The position numbers and the translations under genes were made by a program. Positions 1 through 9,089 of a stretch of 64,000 bases of DNA are shown in pieces (positions within the stretch are counted from its first letter, which is position 1; every line of letters starts with the position of its first letter). The notes under the pieces are model-generated. The model did not search any database, was not told where the DNA came from, and saw nothing but the letters and a program-made list of their open reading frames with translations. This DNA comes from an uncultured Chloroflexia bacterium. GTDB taxonomy: Bacteria; Chloroflexota; Chloroflexia; QHBQ01; JADMIH01. The DNA lies in NCBI GenBank assembly GCA_963837315.1, contig CAWINE010000028.1, positions 470,462 through 534,461 on the forward strand, written 5' to 3'.

Positions 1-615
1 AGGACCGCGAGCAGGCATCTCGCCATGAGCCGCCGCTGTCAGGGCGTTCAGGACCGCCTGCCGAGCTCGGTCCAGCTCCAGGTTCAGTCCTTCGTCTTCC
101 GGTTCGGCCCCTTTGGTTCGTTCCAGCTTCCATGCGACTTGCGAGAGGTAGCTTGCGTCGGCTCCCAGCACGTGGCGGGTGATCCCGTCCAGGTCTCTGC
201 CACCTCCGCGCGGCCCTTTGCGAAGCTCCTTGCCTGCAGCGGCCCCGGCAGCCCCGTCGAAGGCCCGCCAGCAAGCCTCCAGCAGGGCCTGGAAGCGCTG
301 AAGGTCTCCCTCATCGACCGGCTTCGTGTCGGCGGACGGGGCGACATCTGGCACGCCGAAATCGGTGCTGGTGGTGCCCTCAAGCCGCTCTACCACTGTG
401 AAACCGGATAGATCAGCAGGCACCTGGAACCCGAGCTGTGTGGGACTAAGGCGAAGCACCTCGGCGTAACGAGGCCCACAATCAAGGAGAGCTTGCAGCG
501 CTGATACCTCGTCGCGGCCGCCCCGGCACCAGCCCGGCCAGTCGATGGCACCCGCGAACGTGCGCTTTTCCCCTACGACAAGATACACCTCTAGCTGGCT
601 CGAAATTTGCGTCAT
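1..615 (-). CDS. hypothetical protein (N-terminal 205 codons; ORF runs off the window start)
   Basis: ATG at 615-613 on the minus strand follows an SD-like GGAGGAAGG. The frame is open through all 205 codons to position 1, so it has no stop in the window and is absent from the ORF track. The product begins MTQISSQLEVYLVVGEKRTFAGAIDWPGW and has a GC3-rich coding look. I recognise no family with confidence. Confidence 0.6.
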   Translation of the reverse strand, partial: MTQISSQLEVYLVVGEKRTFAGAIDWPGWCRGGRDEVSALQALLDCGPRYAEVLRLSPTQLGFQVPADLSGFTVVERLEGTTSTDFGVPDVAPSADTKPVDEGDLQRFQALLEACWRAFDGAAGAAAGKELRKGPRGGGRDLDGITRHVLGADASYLSQVAWKLERTKGAEPEDEGLNLELDRARQAVLNALTAAAHGEMPARGP

Positions 616-821
616 AGATCCTTCCTCCACCCGGCTTGACAGAACAAATATGCTATAAGCAAGCATGAATGTCAAGTGCCGGTGCGCATATTCTCTCAAC
701 TCTAAATCTGAACTCTTACCCCTGATACGGCATTTGCCACGGCACTAACCACAAGGCTATACTGGTAGACTACAGGTGTCTGCACGACGAGCTACAAAAT
801 GAAGGCGGCTAGCCGGTAAGT

Positions 822-1973
822 ATGAATGCTGACGTGGTGATAGTGGGCGCGGGAATTATCGGCTCTTCTTGCGCGTATTTTCTTGCGCGCTCGGGCCTCA
901 AGGTGTGCGTGGTAGAGCGGGCGGGCCTGGCCGGCGGCACTTCAGGTTCGGGCGAGGGGAATATCCTCGTCTCCGATAAGGACCCTGGCCCTGAGCTGGA
1001 TCTCGCCAGGATGGGCTGCACGCTCTGGAAGCAATTGGCCGAGGAGCTATCCTACGACTTCGAGTTCGAGGAAAAGGGCGGCCTGGTTGTCGCTGAGACC
1101 GAAAGTCACCTTCAATCTCTCCATCGGAGGGTCTCAGAGCTGCAAGCCGAAGGCGTAGAAGCGTCGATGCTGGATGATGCGGGTATGCGTGAAGCTGAGC
1201 CAAACATGGCTCGCGACCTGGCGGGCGCAGCCTGGTTCCCCCAGGACTGCCAGGTGCAGCCGATGTTGGCCTGCGCCGCGTTGATGAAAGCAGCTATATC
1301 GGCAGGCGCGACCCTGCTCGACCACACCGAGGTAGTCGCTATCGAGCGCGACCACACAGGCGCTATCTGTGTCGTGAGCACCACACAAGGCAACAACATA
1401 AGCAACATAAGCACCCCGCGGGTAGTGAACGCAGCAGGTCCGTGGAGCCGGATGGTGGCGGCCATGGTAGACTATGATCTGCCTGTGCTGCCGCGTAAAG
1501 GGCATATCGTTGTAACCGAGCCACTCCCCAAACTTGTGCACCACAAAGTATGGGAGGCCAGCTACACGGATGCGGTGAACAGCAACGAGGCCGCCACCCA
1601 GGTCGCATCGGTAGTAGAGGGCACGCAAAGCGGCACAATCCTGCTTGGTAGCAGCCGCCAGCTTGTGGGCTTCGATCCCACCATAGAGGTAGAAGTCGTG
1701 CGAGCCATCGCCGCGAGAGCCGTGCGCTACTTCCCTTTCCTGGCCTCCGTACACGCCCTGAGGGCCTATGTCGGCTTCCGTCCGTTCTCTCCCGACCATC
1801 TTCCCATCATAGGCGAAGTAGAAGAGGTGCCCGGCTTCTTCGTAAATACGGGCCATGAAGGAGCCGGCATAGGCACCGGTCCAATCTGCAGCCAATTGCT
1901 GGCCCAAACGATTCTTGGTGAAACACCTGCCCTCGATATGACGCCGTTTCGAGCGGGTAGGTGGGAAGATTAA
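822..1973 (+). CDS. FAD-dependent oxidoreductase, DAO family (candidate D-hydroxyproline dehydrogenase beta subunit, LhpB-like)
   Basis: 383-aa ORF with an N-terminal dinucleotide-binding motif VVIVGAGIIGSSCAYFLARSG. It is the first gene of a same-strand cluster with proline-racemase-family, DapA-family, 2Fe-2S and FAD subunit genes. Confidence 0.8.
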   Translation: MNADVVIVGAGIIGSSCAYFLARSGLKVCVVERAGLAGGTSGSGEGNILVSDKDPGPELDLARMGCTLWKQLAEELSYDFEFEEKGGLVVAETESHLQSLHRRVSELQAEGVEASMLDDAGMREAEPNMARDLAGAAWFPQDCQVQPMLACAALMKAAISAGATLLDHTEVVAIERDHTGAICVVSTTQGNNISNISTPRVVNAAGPWSRMVAAMVDYDLPVLPRKGHIVVTEPLPKLVHHKVWEASYTDAVNSNEAATQVASVVEGTQSGTILLGSSRQLVGFDPTIEVEVVRAIAARAVRYFPFLASVHALRAYVGFRPFSPDHLPIIGEVEEVPGFFVNTGHEGAGIGTGPICSQLLAQTILGETPALDMTPFRAGRWED

Positions 1974-1982
1974 GGAGCAGCT

Positions 1983-2990
1983 ATGCGCTTCGATAAACTA
2001 ATCACAGCGGTGGATTCGCACACGGAAGGGATGCCCACGCGGGTCGTGACGAGCGGGTTCGGGGTGATACCGGGCGCGACTATGTTCGACAAGAAGGTGT
2101 TCGTGGAAACCCACCTGGACCACCTGCGAACGCTCCTTATGTTTGAGCCTCGCGGGCACGGTTCGATGTCGGGCTCGATTTTGCTGCCCCCTACCGACCC
2201 CGATGCCGACCTGGGTGTGGTCTTTATCGAGGTCAGCGGTTGCCTCCCTATGTGCGGGCATGGCACCATCGGCACGGTGACGGTTGCCATCGAAACCGGG
2301 CTTATTCCTGCCGTTGAGCCTATTACGACTGTCAAGCTTGACACGCCCGCAGGCCGCGTGGTCGCGGAGGCGACTGTGCAGGATGGGCGCGTGAAGAAGG
2401 TGAAGATTCGCAACGTGCCGGCGTTCCTCTACAAGAAGGACGCTGTCGTTGATGTGCCGGGGCTGGGCGAGGTGCAGCTTGATATCGCTTACGGGGGCAA
2501 CTTCTACGGCATCCTGCCCGTGGAGGAGGCGGGCCTCACCCTGGAGAAGCGCCACGTGCCTGAGCTAATCTCCACGGGCATGAAGATTATGCATGCCGTG
2601 GAAGAGCAGGTGCCGCTGCAGCACCCGCTGGAAGCACGTATCTCGGAGATAAAGCACACCCTCTTTACCGGACCCGCCGACGTGCCTGGTGCGGACGCCA
2701 AGAACGCTGTGATGATCTACCCCGGCACCCTCGACCGCTCGCCCTGCGGCACCGGCACGAGCGCCAGGATGGCTCAGATGTACGCACGAGGTCTGCTCGA
2801 CCTCAACCAGGACTTCGTTCACGAAAGCATCGCAGGGACGTGCTTCACGGGTAGGCTGGTAGAGAAGGTGCAGTTAACGCCGGAAGTGGAGGCAGTTGTG
2901 CCCACTATCGAAGGTCGAGCCTGGATTACCGGCTTCCAGCAGTTCGTACTGGACCCGGACGACCCGTTTCCAGCGGGGTTTCTGCTTTGA
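1983..2990 (+). CDS. proline racemase family protein, candidate 4-hydroxyproline 2-epimerase
   Basis: 335 aa with family hallmarks DSHTEGMPTRVV. A catalytic Cys pair sits in PMCGHGTIG and DRSPCGTGTSARMA. The start is 10 nt after the upstream stop. Confidence 0.85.
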   Translation: MRFDKLITAVDSHTEGMPTRVVTSGFGVIPGATMFDKKVFVETHLDHLRTLLMFEPRGHGSMSGSILLPPTDPDADLGVVFIEVSGCLPMCGHGTIGTVTVAIETGLIPAVEPITTVKLDTPAGRVVAEATVQDGRVKKVKIRNVPAFLYKKDAVVDVPGLGEVQLDIAYGGNFYGILPVEEAGLTLEKRHVPELISTGMKIMHAVEEQVPLQHPLEARISEIKHTLFTGPADVPGADAKNAVMIYPGTLDRSPCGTGTSARMAQMYARGLLDLNQDFVHESIAGTCFTGRLVEKVQLTPEVEAVVPTIEGRAWITGFQQFVLDPDDPFPAGFLL

Positions 2991-3106
2991 CCGTCGGCCA
3001 CCAGCCCACGATAGTCCCGGGCATCAATGGTAAAGTATATCGTAACATCTGAGATGGGAACGCCTTTCGTCTACCCGATCATCACTGTCTAAAGGAGCAC
3101 CACGCA

Positions 3107-3482
3107 ATGTCTTCGACAGAACAGGAGCTAATCCCTTTATATCACCGGTGGATGGAAGCCGTTCAGCAAAAGGATATGGTTGCGCTTGCGCAGAATTCTC
3201 GGTGAGGAGTATACCTACACGGCAAGCAACCAGGGACATTGGTCCCGGCAAGAGTGGCTGGACCAGGTCGCCATCTACAACATACAATCGCTCGAGTTTC
3301 CAAGCATTGAGGTGCGGACCTATGGCGAGGCGGCAGTGGCTCTGGTCGAGTGCAGGCAAGTGGCGACCTATGCAGGAGCCCAGCGCAGCGGAGACTTTTT
3401 GATCACGGATGCGTGGGTGCACAGGGACGGCCCCTGGCAGGTGGTGGCTCGCAGCTCAATTCTGGCCGCAGCCCGGACCTAA
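3107..3482 (+). pseudogene. SnoaL-like/DUF4440 (NTF2-fold) protein, frameshifted
   Basis: SD AAAGGAG precedes ATG 3107, giving MSSTEQELIPLYHRWMEAVQQKDMVALAQ. A stop follows at 3203-3205. The natural continuation (ILGEEYTYTASNQGHWSRQEWLDQV...DAWVHRDGPWQVVARS) lies in the frame of ORF 3180-3482. One frameshift lies near 3180-3200. Confidence 0.55.
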
Positions 3483-3593
3483 AGCCTGCAGATGTGCGAT
3501 CTTTGTAGTAATTCGGCAGAATCCGAAGCAAGATATCCATCCTATGTGCCAATTACCCAACGTTACTTTGTAGCTCTAACAGGAGAGAAGATA

Positions 3594-4466
3594 ATGGCTC
3601 AATTTCCCGGCATCTATGTGGCACTGATTACTCCGTTCACCCAGTCAGGCGAAGTGGACTACCCACGATTGCGCGAGCACGTTGAGTGGATGATCAGCGA
3701 GGGCATACATGGCCTTGTGCCGACAGGCTCGTGCGGTGAGTATGCGGCGCTTAGCGACCAGGAGCGCGCCCAGGTGGTCGAGACGATCATCAAAACGGCG
3801 GCAGGCCGCGTGCCTGTGGTGGTCGGCACGGCCGCGCCTTCGACAGCAAAGGCGGTAGGGTGGGCGAACCACGCCAAAGAGGCCGGGGCAGCCGGTCTGA
3901 TGCTCCTCCCGCCCATCAACTATCGCCCGTCGCGCCGTGAAGTGGTGGCATGGTACGGCGCGCTTTCGCAGGTGGGTCTTCCTATTATCGCCTACAACAA
4001 CCCGTACGATACCTCCACCGACCTCACCCCCGACCTGCTGGCCGAGATAGCGCAGTTCGAGCAGGTCGTGGCGGTCAAGGAGTTTTCGGGAGACGTGCGC
4101 CGCATACCCCAGATACTGGCCGAGACGCGCCTTGAGGTGCTGGCCGGTGCCGATGACGTTGTGCTGGAAAGCCTCCTCGCAGGCGCGACCGGTTGGATAG
4201 CGGGCCTCACCAACATCCTCCCCAGGGAGAGCGTGCAACTATTCGAGCTAGGTCAAGCGGGCAAGGTGGCCGAAGCCAACGAGCTATACAGGCGGCTGCT
4301 CCCCCTCTTCCGCTTCGATGCCCAGCCGATTTTCGTCCAGGCCATCAAATATTGCTTCGAGCTGATAGGCAAACCGGTAGGCCACACCCGCGCCCCACGC
4401 CTGCCCCTCGACGAGGTCACCCGCAAGAAGGTCGAAGCAGCGTACGCGCTGGCGAGTGCAGGATGA
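3594..4466 (+). CDS. DapA (dihydrodipicolinate synthase) family lyase; candidate pyrroline-4-hydroxy-2-carboxylate deaminase (LhpC-like)
   Basis: ATG 3594 (MAQFPGIYVALITPF) follows AGGAGAG. The product has DapA-family features (GLVPTGSCGEYAALS, VAVKEFSGD). The longer ORF from 3492 lacks an SD. The functional call rests on context with the epimerase and dehydrogenase genes. Confidence 0.8.
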   Translation: MAQFPGIYVALITPFTQSGEVDYPRLREHVEWMISEGIHGLVPTGSCGEYAALSDQERAQVVETIIKTAAGRVPVVVGTAAPSTAKAVGWANHAKEAGAAGLMLLPPINYRPSRREVVAWYGALSQVGLPIIAYNNPYDTSTDLTPDLLAEIAQFEQVVAVKEFSGDVRRIPQILAETRLEVLAGADDVVLESLLAGATGWIAGLTNILPRESVQLFELGQAGKVAEANELYRRLLPLFRFDAQPIFVQAIKYCFELIGKPVGHTRAPRLPLDEVTRKKVEAAYALASAG

Positions 4467-4572
4467 TTGCGGATTGCGGATTGCATTCTTTACCGCCAAG
4501 ACGCAAAGAACGCTAAGGTTCGCCAAGGTTTTTATGGGTATAAGCAGTAAGCAGTAAGCAATAAGCGGTAGG
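4466..4572. repeat. composite short-tandem-repeat block (ATTGCGG x3; CCAAG/GCG 8-9-mers; TTTTTATGGG; AGTAAGC x3)
   Basis: The block reads gattgcggattgcggattgc, then ccgccaagacgcaaagaacgctaaggttcgccaagg, then tttttatggg, then taagcagtaagcagtaagcaataagc. Read in reverse complement, it contains the same CATAAAAACC+CTTGGCG module seen at 10060-10270 and 36255-36520. Confidence 0.8.
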
Positions 4573-4579
4573 AGCTAAC

Positions 4580-4912
4580 TTGACAGACTTGCGTGTACCC
4601 GCCGATCGTGACATTGCGGGTGTAACCCGTGGTGTTCCCTTCGAGTTCTTTTTTGAGGGGAAGCCTGTGAAAGCCTACCCTGGCGAGACTGTGGGCGCGG
4701 CTTTGATGGCGGCCTGGATCATGACTTTCCGCACTACGCGACGGGGCGGGAGGCCGCGAGGGATCTTCTGCGGCATCGGGGTATGCTTCGATTGCCTGGT
4801 GGTTGCGGACGGGAGGCCGAACTTGCGCGCCTGTGTCACTCCGGTTGTTCCAGGGATGGAGGTGCGGGTGCAAAACGGCAGCGCCGGGGATGCGTATGGC
4901 GCCGGAGACTGA
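4580..4912 (+). CDS. (2Fe-2S)-binding small subunit of heteromeric amino-acid/opine-type dehydrogenase (LhpF-like)
   Basis: 110 aa from a TTG start 5 nt after TAGGAG. A Cys cluster (CGIGVCFDCLV...LRAC) is typical of the small Fer2_4 subunits that accompany DAO-family beta subunits. Confidence 0.7.
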   Translation: MTDLRVPADRDIAGVTRGVPFEFFFEGKPVKAYPGETVGAALMAAWIMTFRTTRRGGRPRGIFCGIGVCFDCLVVADGRPNLRACVTPVVPGMEVRVQNGSAGDAYGAGD

Positions 4913-6326
4913 AGTCGCTATAGTCGGGGCTGGGCCGGCAGGCTTATCCGCCGCCTATGCCGCTTCGCGGGCGGGCTGCAGAGTTACACTGGTGGATAGC
5001 TATGCGCGGGCGGGCGGGCAATACTACAAGCAGATGCCCGCTCAGTTTCGCGCCAAATCGCCCGGCTCGCTGCATCACGAGTTTGCCCGAGCGGAGAGGC
5101 TCTTCTCGGCTTTGCAGAGAGATAGCAACGTTACTACCCTCACAGGCACTACTGTCTGGTCGGCTCGGGCGTCCACCTCTGACGATGCTGTAACCCTTTA
5201 TCTGGATAGCGGTGATAAGAGCAGCGAACTGGCTGCGCGGAAGGTGGTGCTTGCGCCCGGTGCGTACGATCGCGCTCTGCCTTTCCCCGGCTGGGACCTG
5301 CCCGGCGTGATGACGGCGGGCGCGATGCAGACGCTGGTAAAGAGCCAGCGAGTGCTGCCGGGACGCCGGATCGTGCTGTCAGGGTCGGGTCCATTCCTGA
5401 TGCCGGTGGCTGCGGCGCTGGCCCAGGCGGGGGCCCAGGTGCTTGGCGTCTATGAGGCCACGCGCCCGCGCCAATGGGTGCGCCACGCCTTGCAAGCGTG
5501 GGGCCACTGGGACAAGCTGCGCGAGGCACAGGGCTATCTGGGCATTTTGAGGAAGCACCGGGTGCCAGTGGAGTTCGGGCGTGCCGTAATCCGTGCCGAA
5601 GGCGAAGGGCAGGTAAGGAGCGCGGTGGTAGCGCGTCTCAAAGCCGATTGGTCGCCTATCGCCGGGAGCGAGCAATTCATCGACGTGGACTCCGTGGGCG
5701 TCGGCTACGGCTTTGTTCCTTCGACCGAGCTGGCAAACCTGCTCGGTTGCGCCCACCAATATGACACGTTGCAGGCTGGCTTCTTCGTAAAGCACGATGA
5801 CGCCATGGAGAGCAGCCGCAAGGGCATCTTCGTGGCCGGCGAGATAACCGGTATCGGTGGATCGGCGGTAGCGCGCCTGCAGGGAGCAATCGCAGGCCTG
5901 GCAGCGGCTCACCGGCTAGGGCATTTGAGCGCCGAGCGAGCGCGAGCAGCTATAGCTCCGCGCCGGAAAGAGCTACAGCACCAGCAGTCGTTTGCCAGGC
6001 TGCTGCATCGACTGTACGCAGTGCAACCTGGTTGGAGGGAATGGCTGACGCCGGAAACCACCGTCTGCCGCTGTGAAGAAGTGATCTACGCCAAAGTGGA
6101 AGAAGCGATCAACCAATTCGGTGCAAGCGACGTCAAGACCGTGAAGAGTCTCACGCGCTGCGGTATGGGTCTCTGCCAGGGCCGCATCTGCGGCCCCAAC
6201 GTCGCCGCTATCACCACCGCTCTGAGTGGTCGACCTCCTGAAGAGGTTGGCACGCTCTCAACCCGTCCGATCGTCAAGCCCATAAGCCTCGCCGCCCTGG
6301 CGAGCACCAACCAACCTGATATGTAA
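4890..6326 (+). CDS. FAD/NAD(P)-binding oxidoreductase alpha subunit with BFD-like [2Fe-2S] domain (LhpE / opine oxidase A-like)
   Basis: ATG 4890 overlaps the upstream stop. It carries the Rossmann motif VAIVGAGPAGLSAAYAASRAG, a second nucleotide site VLSGSGPF, and a C-terminal CRCEEV...TRCGMGLCQGRIC motif. Confidence 0.8.
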   Translation: MRMAPETEVAIVGAGPAGLSAAYAASRAGCRVTLVDSYARAGGQYYKQMPAQFRAKSPGSLHHEFARAERLFSALQRDSNVTTLTGTTVWSARASTSDDAVTLYLDSGDKSSELAARKVVLAPGAYDRALPFPGWDLPGVMTAGAMQTLVKSQRVLPGRRIVLSGSGPFLMPVAAALAQAGAQVLGVYEATRPRQWVRHALQAWGHWDKLREAQGYLGILRKHRVPVEFGRAVIRAEGEGQVRSAVVARLKADWSPIAGSEQFIDVDSVGVGYGFVPSTELANLLGCAHQYDTLQAGFFVKHDDAMESSRKGIFVAGEITGIGGSAVARLQGAIAGLAAAHRLGHLSAERARAAIAPRRKELQHQQSFARLLHRLYAVQPGWREWLTPETTVCRCEEVIYAKVEEAINQFGASDVKTVKSLTRCGMGLCQGRICGPNVAAITTALSGRPPEEVGTLSTRPIVKPISLAALASTNQPDM

Positions 6327-6338
6327 TAAGAGTAATCT

Positions 6339-6530
6339 TTGGGGGACACCCCCAAACCCCCGGCAGGGGAGCGCCCCTGCACCCCCTCTTTATGGGGAGC
6401 GAGACTTATGCAGGACACCCCACCCCCGGCAGGGGCGCTCCCTTGCACCCCTTTTCCAACTTCGAGAATGGAGAGATTTTGGGGACACCCCAAACCCCCG
6501 GCAGGGGAGTACCCCTGCGCCTCCCTTTAC
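6339..6530. repeat. array of three ~45-bp GGGGACACCCC-AA-CCCCGG-CAGGGG-N4-CCCCTG-CACCCC elements (period ~70 bp)
   Basis: Copies lie at about 6341-6386, 6412-6452 and 6481-6527. Each holds two short hairpins (GGGG-ACA-CCCC and CAGGGG-AGCG-CCCCTG). The same family recurs four times at 48975-49255. Confidence 0.85.
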
Positions 6531-6644
6531 CCGCCTGCATTCCGCATATCCGCAATTCGTCTGTCCTGTACTACTGCTGTGCGGTACAAAAGTACGCGTG
6601 GACAATCTATGCACGGGCAGTCATACTCCTGTATAATAGCGGCG

Positions 6645-7754
6645 ATGAAGAGTGGTAACGCAGGCATGGCGGACGCTGTGGAGGCTAAAGAGAGTATAGA
6701 GGTAAGCGCATACAGTCAGGCCGGGGTGGATATCGATGCGGGTGCGCGAGCGGTCGAGCTTATGCGAAGGCACGTGCGCTCCACGTTCGGACCTCGTGTG
6801 CTGGCCGACCTGGGACACTTCGGTGGCCTATACGCATTGAGCGACGATCCGAACGGACAGGTGTTGGTCGCGAGCGCTGATGGGGTCGGTACCAAGCTCA
6901 AGCTGGCCTACGCGCTCGGAACGCACCGCAACGCCGGGATGGATATCGTCAATCATTGCATCAACGACATCCTGACCTGCGGAGCCAGACCCATCTTCTT
7001 CCTCGATTACATAGCATCGGGGAAGGTTGTACCTGAACAAATAGCCGAAGTGGTAACGGGCATGGCTGAGGCGTGCCGCCAGGCGGGCTGCGCTCTGCTG
7101 GGCGGCGAGACCGCCGAGATGCCCGGCATATACCACGATGGCGAATATGACGTGGCGGGATTCATCGTCGGTACTGTGGCGCGAGACAGGCTTCTGCTGG
7201 GCGAGAGCATAACGTCGGGAGACATAGTGCTCGCTCTGCCGTCGAACGGATTGCACACCAACGGCTACTCGCTGGCGCGCAAGGTGTTCGGCCTTGAAGG
7301 CAACCACGAGCAGATGCGAGAGCGCCTGAACAGATACGAGCCGGCGTTGGGCCGCACCCTGGGAGAGACCCTGACCGAGCCTCACCGCTCTTATCTGCCC
7401 GAGGTAGCTCCTCTGCTCGATCTACCGGAGCGCCCGATCAAGGGGATGGCCCACATAACGGGTGGAGGTCTGGTTGATAACATTCCGCGCATTCTGCCTG
7501 AAGGCTGCGCCATAGAGCTTGACGCAAGCGCCTGGCAAGTACCGCCGGTATTCCGCCTGATCGAGAAGCAAGGGCGCATATCGCCGGACGAGATGGCGCG
7601 AGTATTCAATATGGGCATCGGCATGGTGCTGGTGACGGCCCCTGAAAATGTGCAGATGGTTATCGAGAAGACGCCGGGCATCATGAGCATAGGCAAGGTC
7701 GTTAAGCATGAGAGTGGCGGCCGAGTGCAATGGGCGGCGGACGGTGAGCAGTGA
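6645..7754 (+). CDS. purM: phosphoribosylformylglycinamidine cyclo-ligase (AIR synthetase)
   Basis: PurM signature regions are present: [36 protein letters not shown] and HITGGGL. ATG 6645 lies 7 nt after TATAAT (6632-6637); ATG 6666 is an alternative. The ORF-track start at 6339 reads through the repeat array. Confidence 0.9.
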   Translation: MKSGNAGMADAVEAKESIEVSAYSQAGVDIDAGARAVELMRRHVRSTFGPRVLADLGHFGGLYALSDDPNGQVLVASADGVGTKLKLAYALGTHRNAGMDIVNHCINDILTCGARPIFFLDYIASGKVVPEQIAEVVTGMAEACRQAGCALLGGETAEMPGIYHDGEYDVAGFIVGTVARDRLLLGESITSGDIVLALPSNGLHTNGYSLARKVFGLEGNHEQMRERLNRYEPALGRTLGETLTEPHRSYLPEVAPLLDLPERPIKGMAHITGGGLVDNIPRILPEGCAIELDASAWQVPPVFRLIEKQGRISPDEMARVFNMGIGMVLVTAPENVQMVIEKTPGIMSIGKVVKHESGGRVQWAADGEQ

Positions 7755-7787
7755 GAAGTAAACGGTGGGCGGTTGGCAGTAGCCGGC

Positions 7788-8492
7788 ATGGTTAATCCGC
7801 AATCCGCAATTGGACCGTCCGCAATCGGCAATCCGCAATACGGGGTCCCCTCCGGGGCGGACCGTCCGCAATCCGCAATCCGTCTAGGGGTGCTGGTATC
7901 GGGCGGAGGCACCAATTTCCAGGCTATCCTGGACGCCATCGGGCGGAGAGAGCTTGACGCCGAAGTTGCGCTGGTGATCTGTAACCATAAAGAGGCATTT
8001 GCCGTCACGAGAGCCGAGCAGGCAGGAGTGCCGGTAGAGGTCCATACGCAAAAGGAGTACGGTTCGAGAGAGGCGCACCAGAAAGCCATCGCGGACAGCC
8101 TCGACAGGGCGCAAATTGACCTGGTGGTGTGTGCGGGTTGGGATAGGGTCTTTACTCACGAATTTGTGGAGAGGTTCCTGGGGCGTAACATCAACGTCCA
8201 CCCCGCTTTGCTTCCCTCCTTCGCAGGTGGCCTTCACGCGATCAGGGACGCGCTGGAATATGGTGTGAAGGTGACGGGCTGCACGGTCCATTTCGTCACG
8301 CACGACCTGGACGCAGGCCCTATAATATTGCAGGCGGCAGTGCCGGTCCTGCAGGATGATATAGAAGAGACGCTCGCTGCGCGAATACATCTAGAGGAAC
8401 ACCGGCTGCTGGTGGAGGCAATCAGGCTCTACGGCGGCCAACAGTTGCGAATAGAAGGGCGTAGGGTAAGAATAACGAGTTATGAGTTATAA
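7788..8492 (+). CDS. purN: phosphoribosylglycinamide formyltransferase
   Basis: The conserved core starts at RLGVLVSGGGTNFQAIL and includes VCAGWDRV and NVHPALLP. The start is uncertain, because the only canonical in-frame starts (7773 TTG, 7788 ATG) read through CCGCAAT repeats. Confidence 0.85.
   Translation: MVNPQSAIGPSAIGNPQYGVPSGADRPQSAIRLGVLVSGGGTNFQAILDAIGRRELDAEVALVICNHKEAFAVTRAEQAGVPVEVHTQKEYGSREAHQKAIADSLDRAQIDLVVCAGWDRVFTHEFVERFLGRNINVHPALLPSFAGGLHAIRDALEYGVKVTGCTVHFVTHDLDAGPIILQAAVPVLQDDIEETLAARIHLEEHRLLVEAIRLYGGQQLRIEGRRVRITSYEL
7795..7881. repeat. CCGCAAT heptamer-derived repeats at the purN 5' end
   Basis: The region reads aatccgcaatccgcaattggaccgtccgcaatcggcaatccgcaata ... 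gaccgtccgcaatccgcaatccg. The same heptamer occurs at 4466-4484 (reverse complement), 36962-36999 and 37855-37900. Confidence 0.8.
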
Positions 8493-8518
8493 GTTACCCA
8501 GAACCAACTCATAACTCG
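8476..8518. repeat. heptamer-arm hairpin (GAGTTAT units) overlapping the purN stop
   Basis: cgagttatgagtt (8476-8488) pairs with aactcataactcg (8506-8518). The purN stop codon (8490-8492) lies in the loop. Confidence 0.7.
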
Positions 8519-8532
8519 GAACTAAGGTACCA

Positions 8533-9084
8533 ATGCTAGCCGAAAACGGAAAGAACGCAGCAAACCTGGCAGGTGACAATAGCGAGAGGATAGAGCCGCG
8601 CCCTAACCTTAGCCTCATCGTGAGCGAAGACGACGGCAGGCGAATTCGCCGCCAGCTTGACCGCATGATCATGGAGGCCGGGGCCAGCACCACCATGCTG
8701 CTCGACAAGAGCGGCGAGGTTATCTCGGCGCGTGGCGACCAGTTGCCGAAAGACCTGGACGTGATGGGTGCCTTGCTGGCGGGCACATTCGCGACCTCAC
8801 GAGAGATTGCGCGCATGAGGGAGGAAAGCGAATTTCATACGTTGCTCCAGCAGGGCTCGTTGGAGAATACGCTGACCGAGCTTGTGGGGGAGTCGTGGCT
8901 GATATCGGTCATTTTCGGCAAGAGCACCCATGTGGGCCTGGTGCGCGACCTCACCCGGCAGATAACGCCGGAGCTAGAGGCTGTGCTGCTGCAAGTGCAG
9001 CGCCGCAGCCGCAATATGTCGGGTCTGAACCCGTCGTTCCGCACCTCCGTAGAGGATACGATTGACCTATTGTTTAAAGACTGA
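8533..9084 (+). CDS. mglB: Roadblock/LC7 domain protein, MglB-like GTPase-activating partner
   Basis: 183 aa with a Roadblock-like core (STTMLLDKSGEVISARGD...LLAGTFATSREIA...WLISVIF). It lies directly upstream of mglA on the same strand. Confidence 0.65.
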   Translation: MLAENGKNAANLAGDNSERIEPRPNLSLIVSEDDGRRIRRQLDRMIMEAGASTTMLLDKSGEVISARGDQLPKDLDVMGALLAGTFATSREIARMREESEFHTLLQQGSLENTLTELVGESWLISVIFGKSTHVGLVRDLTRQITPELEAVLLQVQRRSRNMSGLNPSFRTSVEDTIDLLFKD

Positions 9085-9089
9085 GGAGA

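Noticed and set aside
25-411. A 128-aa plus-strand ORF at the window start.
   Set aside because: The opposite strand carries an SD-linked ATG (615) and an uninterrupted 205-codon frame with a more protein-like sequence running to the window edge.
6339-6644. The first ~100 codons of the 471-aa ORF call for PurM ([19 protein letters not shown]...).
   Set aside because: The region is the three-copy GGGGACACCCC repeat array read in frame. PurM homology begins only after 6645-6666, where a TATAAT box also sits.
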